The notes below the pieces were generated by a model. It worked only from the letters and a program-made list of their open reading frames with translations, did not search any database and was not told where the DNA came from. Of a stretch of DNA of 64,000 nt, positions 30,405 through 41,691 are shown piece by piece; within the stretch, counting starts at the first letter, position 1; every line of letters starts with the position of its first letter. Origin of the DNA: Escherichia coli (lineage in GTDB: Bacteria; Pseudomonadota; Gammaproteobacteria; Enterobacterales; Enterobacteriaceae); the NCBI RefSeq assembly GCF_016903815.1, contig NZ_CP069973.1; one strand, 5' to 3'. Position numbers and translations under genes: made by a program.

Positions 30405-30748
30405 CAGCGCGTTATCTCGGAATGAATCGCAGTGATGGCCTGACTGTCACTGACCTTGAGCATATCAGCCAGAGTATCGGCGATATCCTGCGCACACCGG
30501 TCGGCTCACGGGTGATGCGTCGTGATTACGGCTCGTTGCTGGCATCAATGATTGACCAGCCGCAGACCCCGGCGCTTGAGTTGCAGATTAAGGTCGCCTG
30601 TTACATGGCGGTGCTGAAATGGGAACCCCGCGTCACCCTGTCATCCGTCACCACTGAGCGCAGTTTTGACGGGCGAATGACGGTCACGTTAACCGGCCAG
30701 CACAACGACACCGGCCAGCCACTTTCATTAACCATCCCTGTGAGTTGA
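30401..30748 (+). CDS. baseplate protein W (gp25-like)
   Basis: 115 aa, size as P2 W, overlaps V stop. Confidence 0.75.
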   Translation: MTARYLGMNRSDGLTVTDLEHISQSIGDILRTPVGSRVMRRDYGSLLASMIDQPQTPALELQIKVACYMAVLKWEPRVTLSSVTTERSFDGRMTVTLTGQHNDTGQPLSLTIPVS

Positions 30749-30752
30749 AACC

Positions 30753-31661
30753 ATGCCGATTATCGACCTGAACCAGCTACCCGCACCAGATGTGGTCGAG
30801 GAGCTGGACTTTGAAAGCATTCTCGCTGAACGCAAGGCGACACTGATTTCCCTTTACCCGGAAGATCAGCAGGAGGCGGTCGCCCGTACCCTGACACTGG
30901 AATCTGAGCCTCTCGTCAAACTGCTGGAAGAAAATGCTTATCGTGAGCTTATCTGGCGTCAGCGTGTGAATGAGGCCGCACGGGCGGTGATGCTGGCCTG
31001 TGCCGCCGGTAATGACCTTGATGTGATTGGTGCCAATTACAACACCACGCGCCTGACTATCACCCCGGCAGATGATTCGACCATTCCACCGACACCGGCA
31101 GTGATGGAATCTGACACCGATTATCGTCTGCGTATTCAGCAGGCTTTTGAGGGCTTAAGCGTCGCCGGGTCAGTGGGAGCCTATCAGTATCATGGTCGCA
31201 GTGCTGACGGGCGTGTCGCGGATATTTCTGTCACCAGTCCGTCTCCTGCCTGTGTCACCATCTCTGTGCTGTCACGTGAAAATAACGGCGTCGCATCCGA
31301 AGACCTGCTGGCTGTGGTGCGTAACGCCCTTAATGGCGAGGACGTCAGGCCGGTGGCCGACCGCGTGACCGTGCAGTCTGCCGCCATCGTTGAATACCAG
31401 ATAAACGCCACGCTTTACCTTTACCCTGGTCCCGAAAGCGAACCCATCCGCGCTGCCGCTGTGAAAAAGCTGGAAGCGTATATCACGGCACAGCACCGGC
31501 TGGGGCGCGACATCCGTCTGTCTGCCATTTATGCCGCTTTGCATGTGGAAGGTGTGCAGCGTGTCGAACTGGCTGCACCACTGGCCGACATCGTGCTCAA
31601 CAGTACGCAGGCGTCTTTCTGTACCGAATACCGCGTCGTGACCGGAGGCTCGGATGAGTGA
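30753..31661 (+). CDS. baseplate protein J
   Basis: 302 aa, size as P2 J. Confidence 0.8.
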   Translation: MPIIDLNQLPAPDVVEELDFESILAERKATLISLYPEDQQEAVARTLTLESEPLVKLLEENAYRELIWRQRVNEAARAVMLACAAGNDLDVIGANYNTTRLTITPADDSTIPPTPAVMESDTDYRLRIQQAFEGLSVAGSVGAYQYHGRSADGRVADISVTSPSPACVTISVLSRENNGVASEDLLAVVRNALNGEDVRPVADRVTVQSAAIVEYQINATLYLYPGPESEPIRAAAVKKLEAYITAQHRLGRDIRLSAIYAALHVEGVQRVELAAPLADIVLNSTQASFCTEYRVVTGGSDE

Positions 31662-32184
31662 TTCGCGACTGCTGCCGACCGGCTCATCACCGCTTGAGGT
31701 CGCCGCCGCAAAAGCCTGTGCGGAAATTGAAAAAACGCCGGTCAGTATTCGTGAGCTGTGGAACCCGGACACCTGTCCGGCAAATCTGCTGCCGTGGCTG
31801 GCGTGGGCGTTTTCGGTCGACAGGTGGGATGAAAAGTGGCCGGAAGCGACAAAACGCGCCGTTATCCGCGATGCGTATTTCATCCACTGTCATAAAGGCA
31901 CAATAGGTGCAATCCGGCGTGTGGTGGAGCCGCTCGGCTATCTCATCAACGTGACGGAGTGGTGGGAAAACAGTGACCCGCCCGGCACCTTCCGGCTTGA
32001 TATTGGTGTACTGGAAAGCGGCATCACAGAGGCAATGTATCAGGAAATGGAACGGCTGATTGCTGATGCCAAACCTGCAAGCCGCCACCTTATTGGTCTG
32101 AACATTACCCGGGACATTCCCGGCTACCTGTTTGCCGGTGGTGTGGCTTATGACGGCGATGTAATTACGGTTTACCCCGGATAA
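31654..32184 (+). CDS. baseplate/tail protein I
   Basis: 176 aa, size as P2 I, overlaps J. Confidence 0.75.
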   Translation: MSDSRLLPTGSSPLEVAAAKACAEIEKTPVSIRELWNPDTCPANLLPWLAWAFSVDRWDEKWPEATKRAVIRDAYFIHCHKGTIGAIRRVVEPLGYLINVTEWWENSDPPGTFRLDIGVLESGITEAMYQEMERLIADAKPASRHLIGLNITRDIPGYLFAGGVAYDGDVITVYPG

Positions 32185-32194
32185 GTGAGGAATA

Positions 32195-34219
32195 ATGAGC
32201 ACAAAATTCAAAACCGTTATCACCACTGCCGGTGCAGCAAAGCTGGCAGCGGCAACCGCGCCGGGAGGGCGGAAGGTCAACATTACCACGATGGCCGTCG
32301 GGGATGGCGGTGGTAAATTGCCTGTCCCGGATGCCGGACAGACCGGGCTTATCCACGAAGTCTGGCGACATGCGCTGAACAAAATCAGCCAGGACAAACG
32401 AAACAGTAATTATATTATCGCAGAGCTGGTTATTCCGCCGGAGGTGGGCGGTTTCTGGATGCGTGAGCTTGGCCTGTACGATGATGCGGGAACGTTGATT
32501 GCCGTGGCGAACATGGCCGAAAGTTATAAGCCTGCCCTTGCCGAAGGCTCAGGGCGTTCGCAGACCTGCCGCATGGTCATCATCGTCAGCAGTGTGGCCT
32601 CAGTGGAGCTGACCATTGACACCACAACGGTGATGGCAACGCAGGATTATGTTGATGACAAAATTGCAGAACATGAACAGTCACGACGTCACCCTGACGC
32701 CTCGCTGACCGCAAAAGGTTTTACTCAGTTAAGCAGTGCGACCAACAGCACGTCTGAAACACTGGCTGCAACGCCAAAAGCCGTTAAGACGGTAATGGAT
32801 GAAACGAACAAGAAAGCGCCATTAAACAGCCCTGCACTGACCGGAACGCCAACGACGCCAACTGCGACAAAGGGGACTAATAATACTCAGATCGCAAACA
32901 CGGCTTTCGTTATGACCGCGATTGCCGCCCTTGTAGACTCGTCACCTGACGCACTGAATACGCTGAACGAGCTGGCAGCGGCGCTGGGTAACGACCCGAA
33001 TTTTGCTACCACCATGACTAATGCGCTTGCGGGTAAGCAACCGAAAGATGCTACCCTGACGGCGCTGGCGGGGCTTGCTACTGCGGCAGACAGGTTTCCG
33101 TATTTTACGGGGAATGATGTTGCCAGTCTGGCAACTCTGACAAAAGTCGGGCGGGATATTCTTGCGAAATCGACCGTTGCCGCCGTTATCGAATATCTCG
33201 GTTTACAGGAAACGGTAAACCGAGCCGGGAACGCCGTGCAAAAAAATGGCGATACCTTGTCCGGTGGACTTACTTTTGAAAACGACTCAATCCTTGCCTG
33301 GATTCGAAATACTGACTGGGCGAAGATTGGATTTAAAAATGATGCCGATGGTGACACTGATTCATACATGTGGTTTGAAGCAGGCGACAACGGCAATGAA
33401 TATTTCAAATGGAGAAGCCGCCAGAGCACCACAACAAAAGACCTGATGAATCTTAAATGGGATGCTTTGTATGTTCTTGTTAAAGCCCTTTTCAGCAGTG
33501 AAGTAAAAATATCGACAGTCAATGCACTGAGGATATTTAATTCATCTTTTGGTGCTATTTTTCGTCGTTCTGAAGAATGCCTGCATATCATCCCTACACG
33601 AGAGAATGAGGGAGAAAATGGTGATATAGGGCCACTACGCCCCTTTACGCTTAATCTCAGAACTGGTCGGATAAGCATGGGGCATGGTCTTGATGTTACA
33701 GGGGATATATTTGCAAAACGTTTTGCAATTAACAGTAGTACCGGCATGTGGATTCATATGCGTGACCAGAATGTTATTTTGGGACGCAATGCGGTATCCA
33801 CCGATGGTGCGCAGGCATTACTTCGTCAGGACCACGCTGATCGCAAATTTATGATTGGTGGACTGGGGAATAAGCAATTTGGCATCTACATGATTAATAA
33901 CTCAAGGACAGCCAATGGCACCGATGGTCAGGCGTACATGGACAACAATGGCAACTGGCTTTGTGGCTCGCAAGTTATTCCTGGCAACTATGGCAATTTT
34001 GATTCCAGATATGTGAAAGATGTTCGACTTGGTTCACAGCAATATTATGGAGTGAACAACTGGCAAACATGGAATTTCCAGTGCCCGTCAGGTCATGTAT
34101 TGTCTGGTATTAATGTTCAGGATACAGGGTCCAACTCTGCCGATAATATAGCGGGCGTTTATTACAGACCCGTTCAAAAGTATATAAATGGCACCTGGTA
34201 TAATGTAGCGAGCGTTTAA
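32195..34219 (+). CDS. tail fiber protein H
   Basis: 674 aa; conserved N-terminal baseplate-attachment region and Thr/Ala-rich repeats, divergent C-terminal receptor-binding part. Confidence 0.8.
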   Translation: MSTKFKTVITTAGAAKLAAATAPGGRKVNITTMAVGDGGGKLPVPDAGQTGLIHEVWRHALNKISQDKRNSNYIIAELVIPPEVGGFWMRELGLYDDAGTLIAVANMAESYKPALAEGSGRSQTCRMVIIVSSVASVELTIDTTTVMATQDYVDDKIAEHEQSRRHPDASLTAKGFTQLSSATNSTSETLAATPKAVKTVMDETNKKAPLNSPALTGTPTTPTATKGTNNTQIANTAFVMTAIAALVDSSPDALNTLNELAAALGNDPNFATTMTNALAGKQPKDATLTALAGLATAADRFPYFTGNDVASLATLTKVGRDILAKSTVAAVIEYLGLQETVNRAGNAVQKNGDTLSGGLTFENDSILAWIRNTDWAKIGFKNDADGDTDSYMWFEAGDNGNEYFKWRSRQSTTTKDLMNLKWDALYVLVKALFSSEVKISTVNALRIFNSSFGAIFRRSEECLHIIPTRENEGENGDIGPLRPFTLNLRTGRISMGHGLDVTGDIFAKRFAINSSTGMWIHMRDQNVILGRNAVSTDGAQALLRQDHADRKFMIGGLGNKQFGIYMINNSRTANGTDGQAYMDNNGNWLCGSQVIPGNYGNFDSRYVKDVRLGSQQYYGVNNWQTWNFQCPSGHVLSGINVQDTGSNSADNIAGVYYRPVQKYINGTWYNVASV

Positions 34220-34220
34220 T

Positions 34221-34748
34221 ATGATGCACTTAAAGAAAATAAAAGCGGGTAACGCTAAAACACTGGAACAGTATGAGTTAACAAAGAAACACGGAGTTAT
34301 CTGGCTTTACTCTGAGGACGGAAAAAACTGGTATGAGGAAGTGAAGAACTTTCAGCCAGATACAATAAAGATTGTTTACGATGAAAATAATATTATTGTC
34401 GCTATCACCAGAGATGCTTCAACGCTTAATCCTGAAGGTTTTAGCGTTGTCGAGGTTCCTGATATTACCGCCAACCGACGTGCTGATGACTCAGGGAAAT
34501 GGATGTTTAAGGATGGTGCCGTGATTAAGCGGATTTATACGGCAGACGAACAGCAACAACAGGCCGAATCACAAAAGGCCGCGTTACTTTCCGAAGCTGA
34601 ATCAGTTATCCAGCCGCTGGAACGCGCCGTCAGGCTGAATATGGCGACGGATGAGGAGCGCGCACGACTGGAGTCATGGGAACGCTACAGCGTTCTGGTC
34701 AGCCGTGTGGATCCTGCAAATCCTGAATGGCCGGAAATACCGCAATAA
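34221..34748 (+). CDS. tail fiber assembly chaperone G
   Basis: 175 aa immediately after H. Confidence 0.7.
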   Translation: MMHLKKIKAGNAKTLEQYELTKKHGVIWLYSEDGKNWYEEVKNFQPDTIKIVYDENNIIVAITRDASTLNPEGFSVVEVPDITANRRADDSGKWMFKDGAVIKRIYTADEQQQQAESQKAALLSEAESVIQPLERAVRLNMATDEERARLESWERYSVLVSRVDPANPEWPEIPQ

Positions 34749-35038
34749 GTTGTATGATATCTGGAGTGAGCTAACGTATCTATGGCACAGAGTAAAACTT
34801 AATCTGACAGTCTGCTCTGTACCAAAAGCGGAACTTGCTTACATCGTGCTATGTTAGTTTGCTGGGAGCAGGTCATTATCTACGTGATTGCTATTTTATA
34901 ACTTGGATAAAATGGGGGATGAACATAATATCGAGACAGTGATTGCAGAGTTAGTCATTATAGGCGGGCATCAGTTCATGCCGGATCTCTAATGCAATTA
35001 TCAGGAAAATATGGGACGTTTTATCAATCAGAGGAAAT

Positions 35039-36265
35039 ATGTTACAGTTCAGCTTTGTATCAAATGACGTTGTTATGACTTACGACGGTGACAGCGGAGA
35101 ACAAATAATTTGGGTTTGGGAGAGTTTAAATAAATTTCAAACAGTATGCATTTCACGCATTTTTAACTTTCAACTCCAGGACTTGAGAAACCCACCGTCA
35201 ACCGTTCAGGATTTTAATGATTATGAATATTCCTTTAATTTTGGCACGCTTAATAATGAATACATAACAGTTCCGGGACGGATTCTAAGCATTAATCGAG
35301 ATGTCCTTATACATAAGTCCATCAAGCTTGAAAGGAAAGTATTTGCGTCAGAACGCAACGTCTCCATTTTTGGTCGGCTTTCAAAACTACTCGATCACAC
35401 TAATCCCATCATCATCGGAGGAGATAAGTCGGAAGCTATACCAAAAAGCGTATTCCAGGAGTTGCAAAGTAAATTCCCCAACACAGGGGAACTGGATCGC
35501 TATGCTAATGCAAGGGTTCACGCTATTCTCGCAGGTTATCTTGATGGTATGAAAGATGCTCGCGAACGGTATGAACATTACCTAAACAGAAAAACAGTGA
35601 TCAGAAAAACCGACAAACTGGATTTAGAAGTTTTAAATAAGCTCGAAATTGAGAAATATACACTCATAAGAGACATTATCCAGGATGCGTTGAATAACAA
35701 AACTAACTTGTCTGAAGATGACTGGCAGAGCCTGATGATACCCTTCATCACATTACTTTTTCCAAAATATATCAAGGTCCTCGAGAAGGTTAAAATTTTC
35801 GACTATTACTCTAATCCTTCGGCTAAAACAAATCGGTTTATAGACATTGCACTGGTGGATGCAAACGGCAACCTTGATATCATCGAAGTCAAAAAGCCGT
35901 TTGATGATAAGATCCTTCGCAAGACGCCCTATCGCGACAACTATATTCCTACATCAGAACTTAGCGGCGGTATTATGCAGGCTGAAAAGTATATTTTTCA
36001 TTTATCTAAATGGGGTGTTAAGGGTGAAAAAGAGCTTACGAATGCCTACAAGAATTCTCTGCCAGCGGGAATGTGTATTCGTATATCTAACCCAAAAGCC
36101 ATCATCATTGTCGGGCGCGATCAGATAGCGAACGGTAACATGACCGACGGTCAGTTGCTTGATTTTGAGATAATCAAACGTAAGTACGCCAACATGATAG
36201 ACATATTGACGTACGACGACCTGTTGCGTCGACTTAATAATACGATTGAAGCATTGAAAGGTTGA
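35039..36265 (+). CDS. cargo protein with C-terminal PD-(D/E)xK nuclease-like motif (possibly Shedu-like), function unknown
   Basis: 408 aa, AT-rich; motif RFIDIALVDANGNLDIIEVKKP (D...D...E-x-K) near residue 275-295; located at the P2 Z/fun variable position between G and FI. Confidence 0.5.
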   Translation: MLQFSFVSNDVVMTYDGDSGEQIIWVWESLNKFQTVCISRIFNFQLQDLRNPPSTVQDFNDYEYSFNFGTLNNEYITVPGRILSINRDVLIHKSIKLERKVFASERNVSIFGRLSKLLDHTNPIIIGGDKSEAIPKSVFQELQSKFPNTGELDRYANARVHAILAGYLDGMKDARERYEHYLNRKTVIRKTDKLDLEVLNKLEIEKYTLIRDIIQDALNNKTNLSEDDWQSLMIPFITLLFPKYIKVLEKVKIFDYYSNPSAKTNRFIDIALVDANGNLDIIEVKKPFDDKILRKTPYRDNYIPTSELSGGIMQAEKYIFHLSKWGVKGEKELTNAYKNSLPAGMCIRISNPKAIIIVGRDQIANGNMTDGQLLDFEIIKRKYANMIDILTYDDLLRRLNNTIEALKG

Positions 36266-36426
36266 ATGTCCATGAGGTTCACACCCACAACGGGGAGCAG
36301 GTCACTTCCTATTGTTTGATTGACATACCATAACGTCTGCTTTTGGCTCAAAGCAGACTGTCTGATTTGATAGCTTTTGGGCTATGTAAATTGTCAGTTG
36401 AAAAATGAGTGAGTACAAATCAGGAC

Positions 36427-36454
36427 GGGCGGGCGAGTTGCCCGCCTTTTCTTT
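36427..36454 (+). terminator. rho-independent terminator after the cargo gene
   Basis: GGGCGGGC-GAGTT-GCCCGCC followed by TTTTCTTT. Confidence 0.6.
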
Positions 36455-36551
36455 AATCTGTTGTTTCATCCACTGACCAGCCAGGTCAAATAGCGTCTCA
36501 TGCTCTGCACAACAGAAAATAGTTGCACCCATTAACCACGGAGTTAAACGG

Positions 36552-37742
36552 ATGAGCGACTATCATCATGGCGTGCAGGTGCTGGAGATTAACGACGGCA
36601 CCCGCGTCATTTCCACCGTATCCACGGCCATTGTCGGCATGGTCTGCACGGCCAGCGATGCGGATGCGGAAATCTTCCCCCTCAATAAACCGGTACTGAT
36701 TACCAATGTGCAGAGCGCAATTGCAAAGGCTGGTAAAAAAGGCACGCTGGCGGCATCGTTGCAGGCCATCGCCGACCAGTCAAAACCGGTCACCGTTGTC
36801 GTACGTGTGGAAGACGGCACCGGCGACGACGAGGAAACGAAACTCGCGCAGACCGTTTCCAATATCATCGGCACCACCGACGAAAACGGTCAGTACACCG
36901 GACTGAAAGCCCTGCTGGCGGCGGAGTCGGTAACCGGTGTTAAACCGCGTATTCTCGGCGTGCCGGGACTGGATACCAAAGAGGTGGCTGTTGCACTGGC
37001 ATCAGTCTGTCAGAAGCTGCGCGCTTTCGGGTATATCAGCGCATGGGGCTGTAAAACCATTTCCGAGGTGAAAGCCTACCGTCAGAATTTCAGCCAGCGT
37101 GAGCTGATGGTCATCTGGCCGGATTTCCTCGCATGGGATACGGTCACCAGTACCACCGCCACCGCGTATGCCACCGCCCGTGCGCTGGGGCTGCGCGCTA
37201 AAATCGACCAGGAGCAGGGCTGGCATAAAACGCTGTCCAATGTCGGGGTGAACGGTGTTACCGGCATCAGCGCCTCTGTATTCTGGGATTTGCAGGAGTC
37301 CGGTACTGATGCTGACCTGCTTAACGAGTCAGGCGTCACAACGCTGATTCGCCGTGACGGTTTCCGCTTCTGGGGTAACCGTACCTGCTCTGATGACCCG
37401 CTGTTCCTCTTTGAAAACTACACCCGCACCGCGCAGGTGATGGCCGACACGATGGCTGAGGCGCACATGTGGGCGGTGGACAAGCCCATCACCGCAACGC
37501 TGATTCGCGACATCGTTGACGGCATCAATGCCAAATTCCGTGAGCTGAAAACAAACGGCTATATCGTGGATGCGACCTGCTGGTTCAGCGAAGAATCCAA
37601 CGATGCGGAAACCCTCAAGGCCGGAAAACTGTATATCGACTACGACTATACACCGGTGCCTCCTCTTGAAAACCTGACCCTGCGCCAGCGTATTACCGAT
37701 AAATACCTGGCAAATCTGGTCACCTCGGTTAACAGCAATTAA
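36552..37742 (+). CDS. contractile tail sheath protein FI
   Basis: 396 aa, size and position as P2 FI. Confidence 0.85.
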   Translation: MSDYHHGVQVLEINDGTRVISTVSTAIVGMVCTASDADAEIFPLNKPVLITNVQSAIAKAGKKGTLAASLQAIADQSKPVTVVVRVEDGTGDDEETKLAQTVSNIIGTTDENGQYTGLKALLAAESVTGVKPRILGVPGLDTKEVAVALASVCQKLRAFGYISAWGCKTISEVKAYRQNFSQRELMVIWPDFLAWDTVTSTTATAYATARALGLRAKIDQEQGWHKTLSNVGVNGVTGISASVFWDLQESGTDADLLNESGVTTLIRRDGFRFWGNRTCSDDPLFLFENYTRTAQVMADTMAEAHMWAVDKPITATLIRDIVDGINAKFRELKTNGYIVDATCWFSEESNDAETLKAGKLYIDYDYTPVPPLENLTLRQRITDKYLANLVTSVNSN

Positions 37743-37754
37743 GGAGCCTGACCG

Positions 37755-38273
37755 ATGGCAATGCCGCGCAAACTCAAGTTAATGAACGTCTTTCTGAACG
37801 GCTACAGCTATCAGGGCGTCGCGAAGTCCGTCACGCTACCAAAACTGACCCGTAAGCTCGAAAACTATCGCGGTGCGGGGATGAACGGCAGCGCACCGGT
37901 AGACCTCGGCCTTGATGACGATGCGCTGTCAATGGAGTGGTCGCTCGGTGGCTTCCCGGATTCGGTTATCTGGGAGCTTTACGCCGCAACCGGTGTGGAT
38001 TCCGTACCGATTCGTTTTGCAGGCTCTTACCAGCGCGACGATACCGGCGAAACGGTGGCCGTCGAGGTGGTCATGCGTGGACGTCAGAAAGAAATCGACA
38101 CCGGCGAGGGCAAACAGGGAGAAGATACCGAGTCGAAAATCTCCGTGGTCTGCACCTATTTCCGGCTGACGATGGACGGTAAGGAGCTGGTCGAAATCGA
38201 CACCATCAACATGATTGAGAAGGTGAACGGCGTCGACCGGCTGGAGCAACACCGCCGCAATATCGGCCTGTGA
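37755..38273 (+). CDS. tail tube protein FII
   Basis: 172 aa, size as P2 FII. Confidence 0.85.
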   Translation: MAMPRKLKLMNVFLNGYSYQGVAKSVTLPKLTRKLENYRGAGMNGSAPVDLGLDDDALSMEWSLGGFPDSVIWELYAATGVDSVPIRFAGSYQRDDTGETVAVEVVMRGRQKEIDTGEGKQGEDTESKISVVCTYFRLTMDGKELVEIDTINMIEKVNGVDRLEQHRRNIGL

Positions 38274-38329
38274 TTTTCATCCGGTCAGCCTGGCTGACCG
38301 GTTAACCCCGATTCAGAAGTGAGAAAACC

Positions 38330-38605
38330 ATGAACAAAGAAAATGTGATTACCCTGGACAATCCGGTCAAGCGTGGTGAGCAGGTTATCGAACAGGTCAC
38401 GCTGATGAAACCCAATGCCGGGACGCTGCGCGGTGTCAGTCTGGCAGCGGTCGCGAACTCTGAAGTCGATGCACTGATTAAGGTGCTGCCGCGCATGACG
38501 GCACCGATGCTGACCGAGCAGGAAGTCGCCGCGCTGGAACTGCCTGACCTTGTGGCGCTGGCCGGTAAGGTGGTCGGTTTTTTGTCGCCGAACTCGGTGC
38601 AGTGA
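38330..38605 (+). CDS. tail assembly chaperone E
   Basis: 91 aa; slippery site GGTTTTTTG near its 3' end. Confidence 0.7.
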   Translation: MNKENVITLDNPVKRGEQVIEQVTLMKPNAGTLRGVSLAAVANSEVDALIKVLPRMTAPMLTEQEVAALELPDLVALAGKVVGFLSPNSVQ

Positions 38606-38757
38606 CGTTTCCAAAAAATCTGTCGGTCGATGACCTGATGGCGGATGTGGCAGTGATATTTCACTGGCCGCCATCAGAACTGTATCCCATGAGCCTGACC
38701 GAACTCATCACATGGCGCGAAAAGGCGCTCCGGCGAAGCGGAAACACGAATGAGTAA
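38330..38757 (+). CDS. tail assembly chaperone E+E' (-1 programmed frameshift product, predicted)
   Basis: Slippery heptamer-like T-run at 38575-38583; the -1 frame stays open to TAA at 38755-38757, overlapping the T start. Confidence 0.45.
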
Positions 38758-41197
38758 CAATGTAAAATTACAGGTATTGCTCAGGGCTGTTGACCAGGCA
38801 TCCCGCCCGTTTAAATCCATCCGCACAGCGAGCAAATCGCTGTCGGGGGATATCCGGGAAACACAAAAATCACTGCGCGAGCTGAACGGTCAGGCATCCC
38901 GTATTGAGGGATTCCGCAAGACCAGTGCACAGCTCGCCGTGACTGGTCATGCACTTGAAAAGGCTCGGCAGGAGGCCGAAGCCCTTGCCACACAGTTTAA
39001 AAATACCGAACGTCCGACCCGTGCTCAGGCGAAAGTGCTGGAATCCGCAAAGCGTGCGGCGGAGGACTTACAGGCGAAATATAACCGCCTGACAGATTCC
39101 ATTAAACGCCAGCAGCGGGAACTGGCCGCTGTGGGAATTAATACCCGCAATCTTGCACATGATGAGCAGGGACTGAAAAACCGTATCAGTGAAACCACCG
39201 CACAGCTTAACCGTCAGCGTGACGCGCTGGCGCGTGTCAGTGCACAACAGGCAAAACTTAACGCAGTAAAACAGCGTTATCAGGCCGGAAAGGAACTGGC
39301 CGGAAATATGGCCTCGGTGGGCGCTGCCGGTGTGGGGATTGCTGCTGCGGGAACGATGGCCGGAGTTAAGTTGCTGATGCCCGGTTATGAGTTTGCGCAG
39401 AAAAACTCAGAATTGCAGGCTGTGCTCGGTGTGGCAAAAGACTCCGCCGAAATGGCTGCACTACGCAAGCAGGCGCGCCAGCTCGGCAACAATACCGCAG
39501 CCTCGGCAGATGATGCAGCCGGTGCGCAGATTATTATTGCGAAAGCCGGTGGGGATGTTGATGCCATTCAGGCGGCAACGCCGGTCACGCTGAATATGGC
39601 GCTGGCGAACCGTCGCACGATGGAAGAAAACGCCGCCCTGCTGATGGGGATGAAATCCGCCTTTCAGCTTTCAAACGATAAGGTCGCTCATATCGGGGAT
39701 GTTCTCTCCATGACGATGAACAAAACCGCCGCCGATTTTGATGGCATGAGCGATGCGCTGACCTATGCCGCACCTGTGGCAAAAAATGCTGGTGTCAGCA
39801 TTGAAGAAACCGCCGCAATGGTCGGGGCGCTGCATGATGCAAAAATTACCGGTTCAATGGCGGGGACGGGAAGCCGTGCCGTGTTAAGCCGCCTGCAGGC
39901 ACCGACGGGAAAAGCATGGGATGCACTGAAAGAGCTTGGCGTGAAAACCTCAGACAGTAAAGGGAATACTCGACCAGTATTTACCATTCTGAAAGAAATG
40001 CAGGCCAGTTTTGAGAAAAACCGGCTCGGTACTGCCCAGCAGGCTGAATACATGAAAACTATTTTCGGGGAGGAGGCCAGCTCAGCCGCCGCCGTGCTGA
40101 TGACTGCCGCCTCAACTGGAAAGCTGGACAAACTGACCGCTGCGTTTAAAGCCTCAGACGGGAAGACCGCCGAGCTGGTAAATATCATGCAGGACAACCT
40201 CGGCGGTGACTTTAAGGAGTTTCAGTCCGCTTATGAGGCGGTGGGGACTGACCTGTTTGACCAGCAGGAAGGCGCACTGCGTAAGCTCACGCAGACGGCC
40301 ACAAAGTATGTGTTAAAACTCGACGGCTGGATACAGAAAAACAAATCACTGGCGTTAACCATCGGCATCATTGTCGGTGGTGCACTGGCACTGATTGGTG
40401 TCATCGGTGCCATTGGCCTCGTAGCCTGGCCGGTTATCACCGGCATCAATGCCATCATCGCGGCAGCAGGCGCAATGGGAGCAATCTTCACGACGGTTGG
40501 CAGTGCTGTTATGACGGCCATCGGGGCGATTAGCTGGCCGGTTGTGGCCGTGGTGGCCGCCATTGTCGCCGGGGCGTTACTTATCCGTAAATACTGGGAG
40601 CCTGTCAGCGCATTCTTTGGCGGTGTGGTTGAAGGGCTGAAAGCGGCATTTGCGCCGGTGGGGGAACTGTTCACGCCACTTAAGCCGGTGTTTGACTGGC
40701 TGGGCGAAAAGTTACAGGCCGCGTGGCAGTGGTTTAAAAACCTGATTGCCCCGGTCAAAGCCACCCGGGACACCCTGAACCGTTGCCGTGATACGGGCGT
40801 CATGTTCGGGCAGGCACTGGCTGACGCGTTGATGCTGCCGCTTAATGCGTTCAACAAACTGCGCAGCGGTATTGACTGGGTACTGGAAAAACTCGGTGTT
40901 ATCAACAAAGAGTCAGGCACGCTTGACCAGACCGCCGCCAGAACTCATGCCGCCACGTATGGCACCGGTGGTTATATTCCGGCGACCAGCTCTTATGCAG
41001 GCTATCAGGCTTATCAGCCGGTTACGGCACCGGCTGGCCGCTCTTATGTGGACCAGAGTAAAAACGAATATCACATCAGTCTGACGGGCGGTACTGCGCC
41101 GGGGACACAGCTTGACCGCCAGTTACAGGATGCGCTCGAAAAATACGAGCGGGATAAACGTGCGCGCGCCCGTGCCAGCATGATGCATGACGGTTAA
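38750..41197 (+). CDS. tail tape-measure protein T
   Basis: 815 aa, coiled-coil N-terminus, Gly/Ala-rich hydrophobic segment; size as P2 T. Confidence 0.85.
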   Translation: MSNNVKLQVLLRAVDQASRPFKSIRTASKSLSGDIRETQKSLRELNGQASRIEGFRKTSAQLAVTGHALEKARQEAEALATQFKNTERPTRAQAKVLESAKRAAEDLQAKYNRLTDSIKRQQRELAAVGINTRNLAHDEQGLKNRISETTAQLNRQRDALARVSAQQAKLNAVKQRYQAGKELAGNMASVGAAGVGIAAAGTMAGVKLLMPGYEFAQKNSELQAVLGVAKDSAEMAALRKQARQLGNNTAASADDAAGAQIIIAKAGGDVDAIQAATPVTLNMALANRRTMEENAALLMGMKSAFQLSNDKVAHIGDVLSMTMNKTAADFDGMSDALTYAAPVAKNAGVSIEETAAMVGALHDAKITGSMAGTGSRAVLSRLQAPTGKAWDALKELGVKTSDSKGNTRPVFTILKEMQASFEKNRLGTAQQAEYMKTIFGEEASSAAAVLMTAASTGKLDKLTAAFKASDGKTAELVNIMQDNLGGDFKEFQSAYEAVGTDLFDQQEGALRKLTQTATKYVLKLDGWIQKNKSLALTIGIIVGGALALIGVIGAIGLVAWPVITGINAIIAAAGAMGAIFTTVGSAVMTAIGAISWPVVAVVAAIVAGALLIRKYWEPVSAFFGGVVEGLKAAFAPVGELFTPLKPVFDWLGEKLQAAWQWFKNLIAPVKATRDTLNRCRDTGVMFGQALADALMLPLNAFNKLRSGIDWVLEKLGVINKESGTLDQTAARTHAATYGTGGYIPATSSYAGYQAYQPVTAPAGRSYVDQSKNEYHISLTGGTAPGTQLDRQLQDALEKYERDKRARARASMMHDG

Positions 41198-41211
41198 GGA
41201 GGTGACGAAAA

Positions 41212-41691
41212 ATGATGCTCGCGTTAGGTATGTTTGTTTTTATGCGCCAGACGCTGCCACACCAGACCATGCAGCGTGAATCAGATTATCGCTGGCCGTC
41301 AAATTCCCGTATCGGTAAACGGGATGCCTACCAGTTTCTCGGTGTTGGCGAGGAAAACATCACGCTTGCCGGCGTGCTTTATCCCGAACTGACCGGCGGC
41401 AAGCTGACGATGACCACGCTCAGGCTGATGGCAGAGGAAGGCCGGGCGTGGCCGTTGCTGGATGGCACTGGCATGATTTACGGTATGTATGTCATCAGCA
41501 GGGTGAGTGAAACAGGGAGTATTTTCTTTGCAGACGGCACACCCCGGAAAATTGATTTTACGCTGTCACTCACCCGCGTTGATGAATCACTGGCCGCGCT
41601 TTATGGTGATATCGGTAAACAGGCGGAATCGCTCATCGGTAAGGCTGGCAGTCTGGCGACCAGATTCACAGGTATGACGGGGGCGGGATAA
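41212..41691 (+). CDS. tail protein U
   Basis: 159 aa, size as P2 U. Confidence 0.75.
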   Translation: MMLALGMFVFMRQTLPHQTMQRESDYRWPSNSRIGKRDAYQFLGVGEENITLAGVLYPELTGGKLTMTTLRLMAEEGRAWPLLDGTGMIYGMYVISRVSETGSIFFADGTPRKIDFTLSLTRVDESLAALYGDIGKQAESLIGKAGSLATRFTGMTGAG

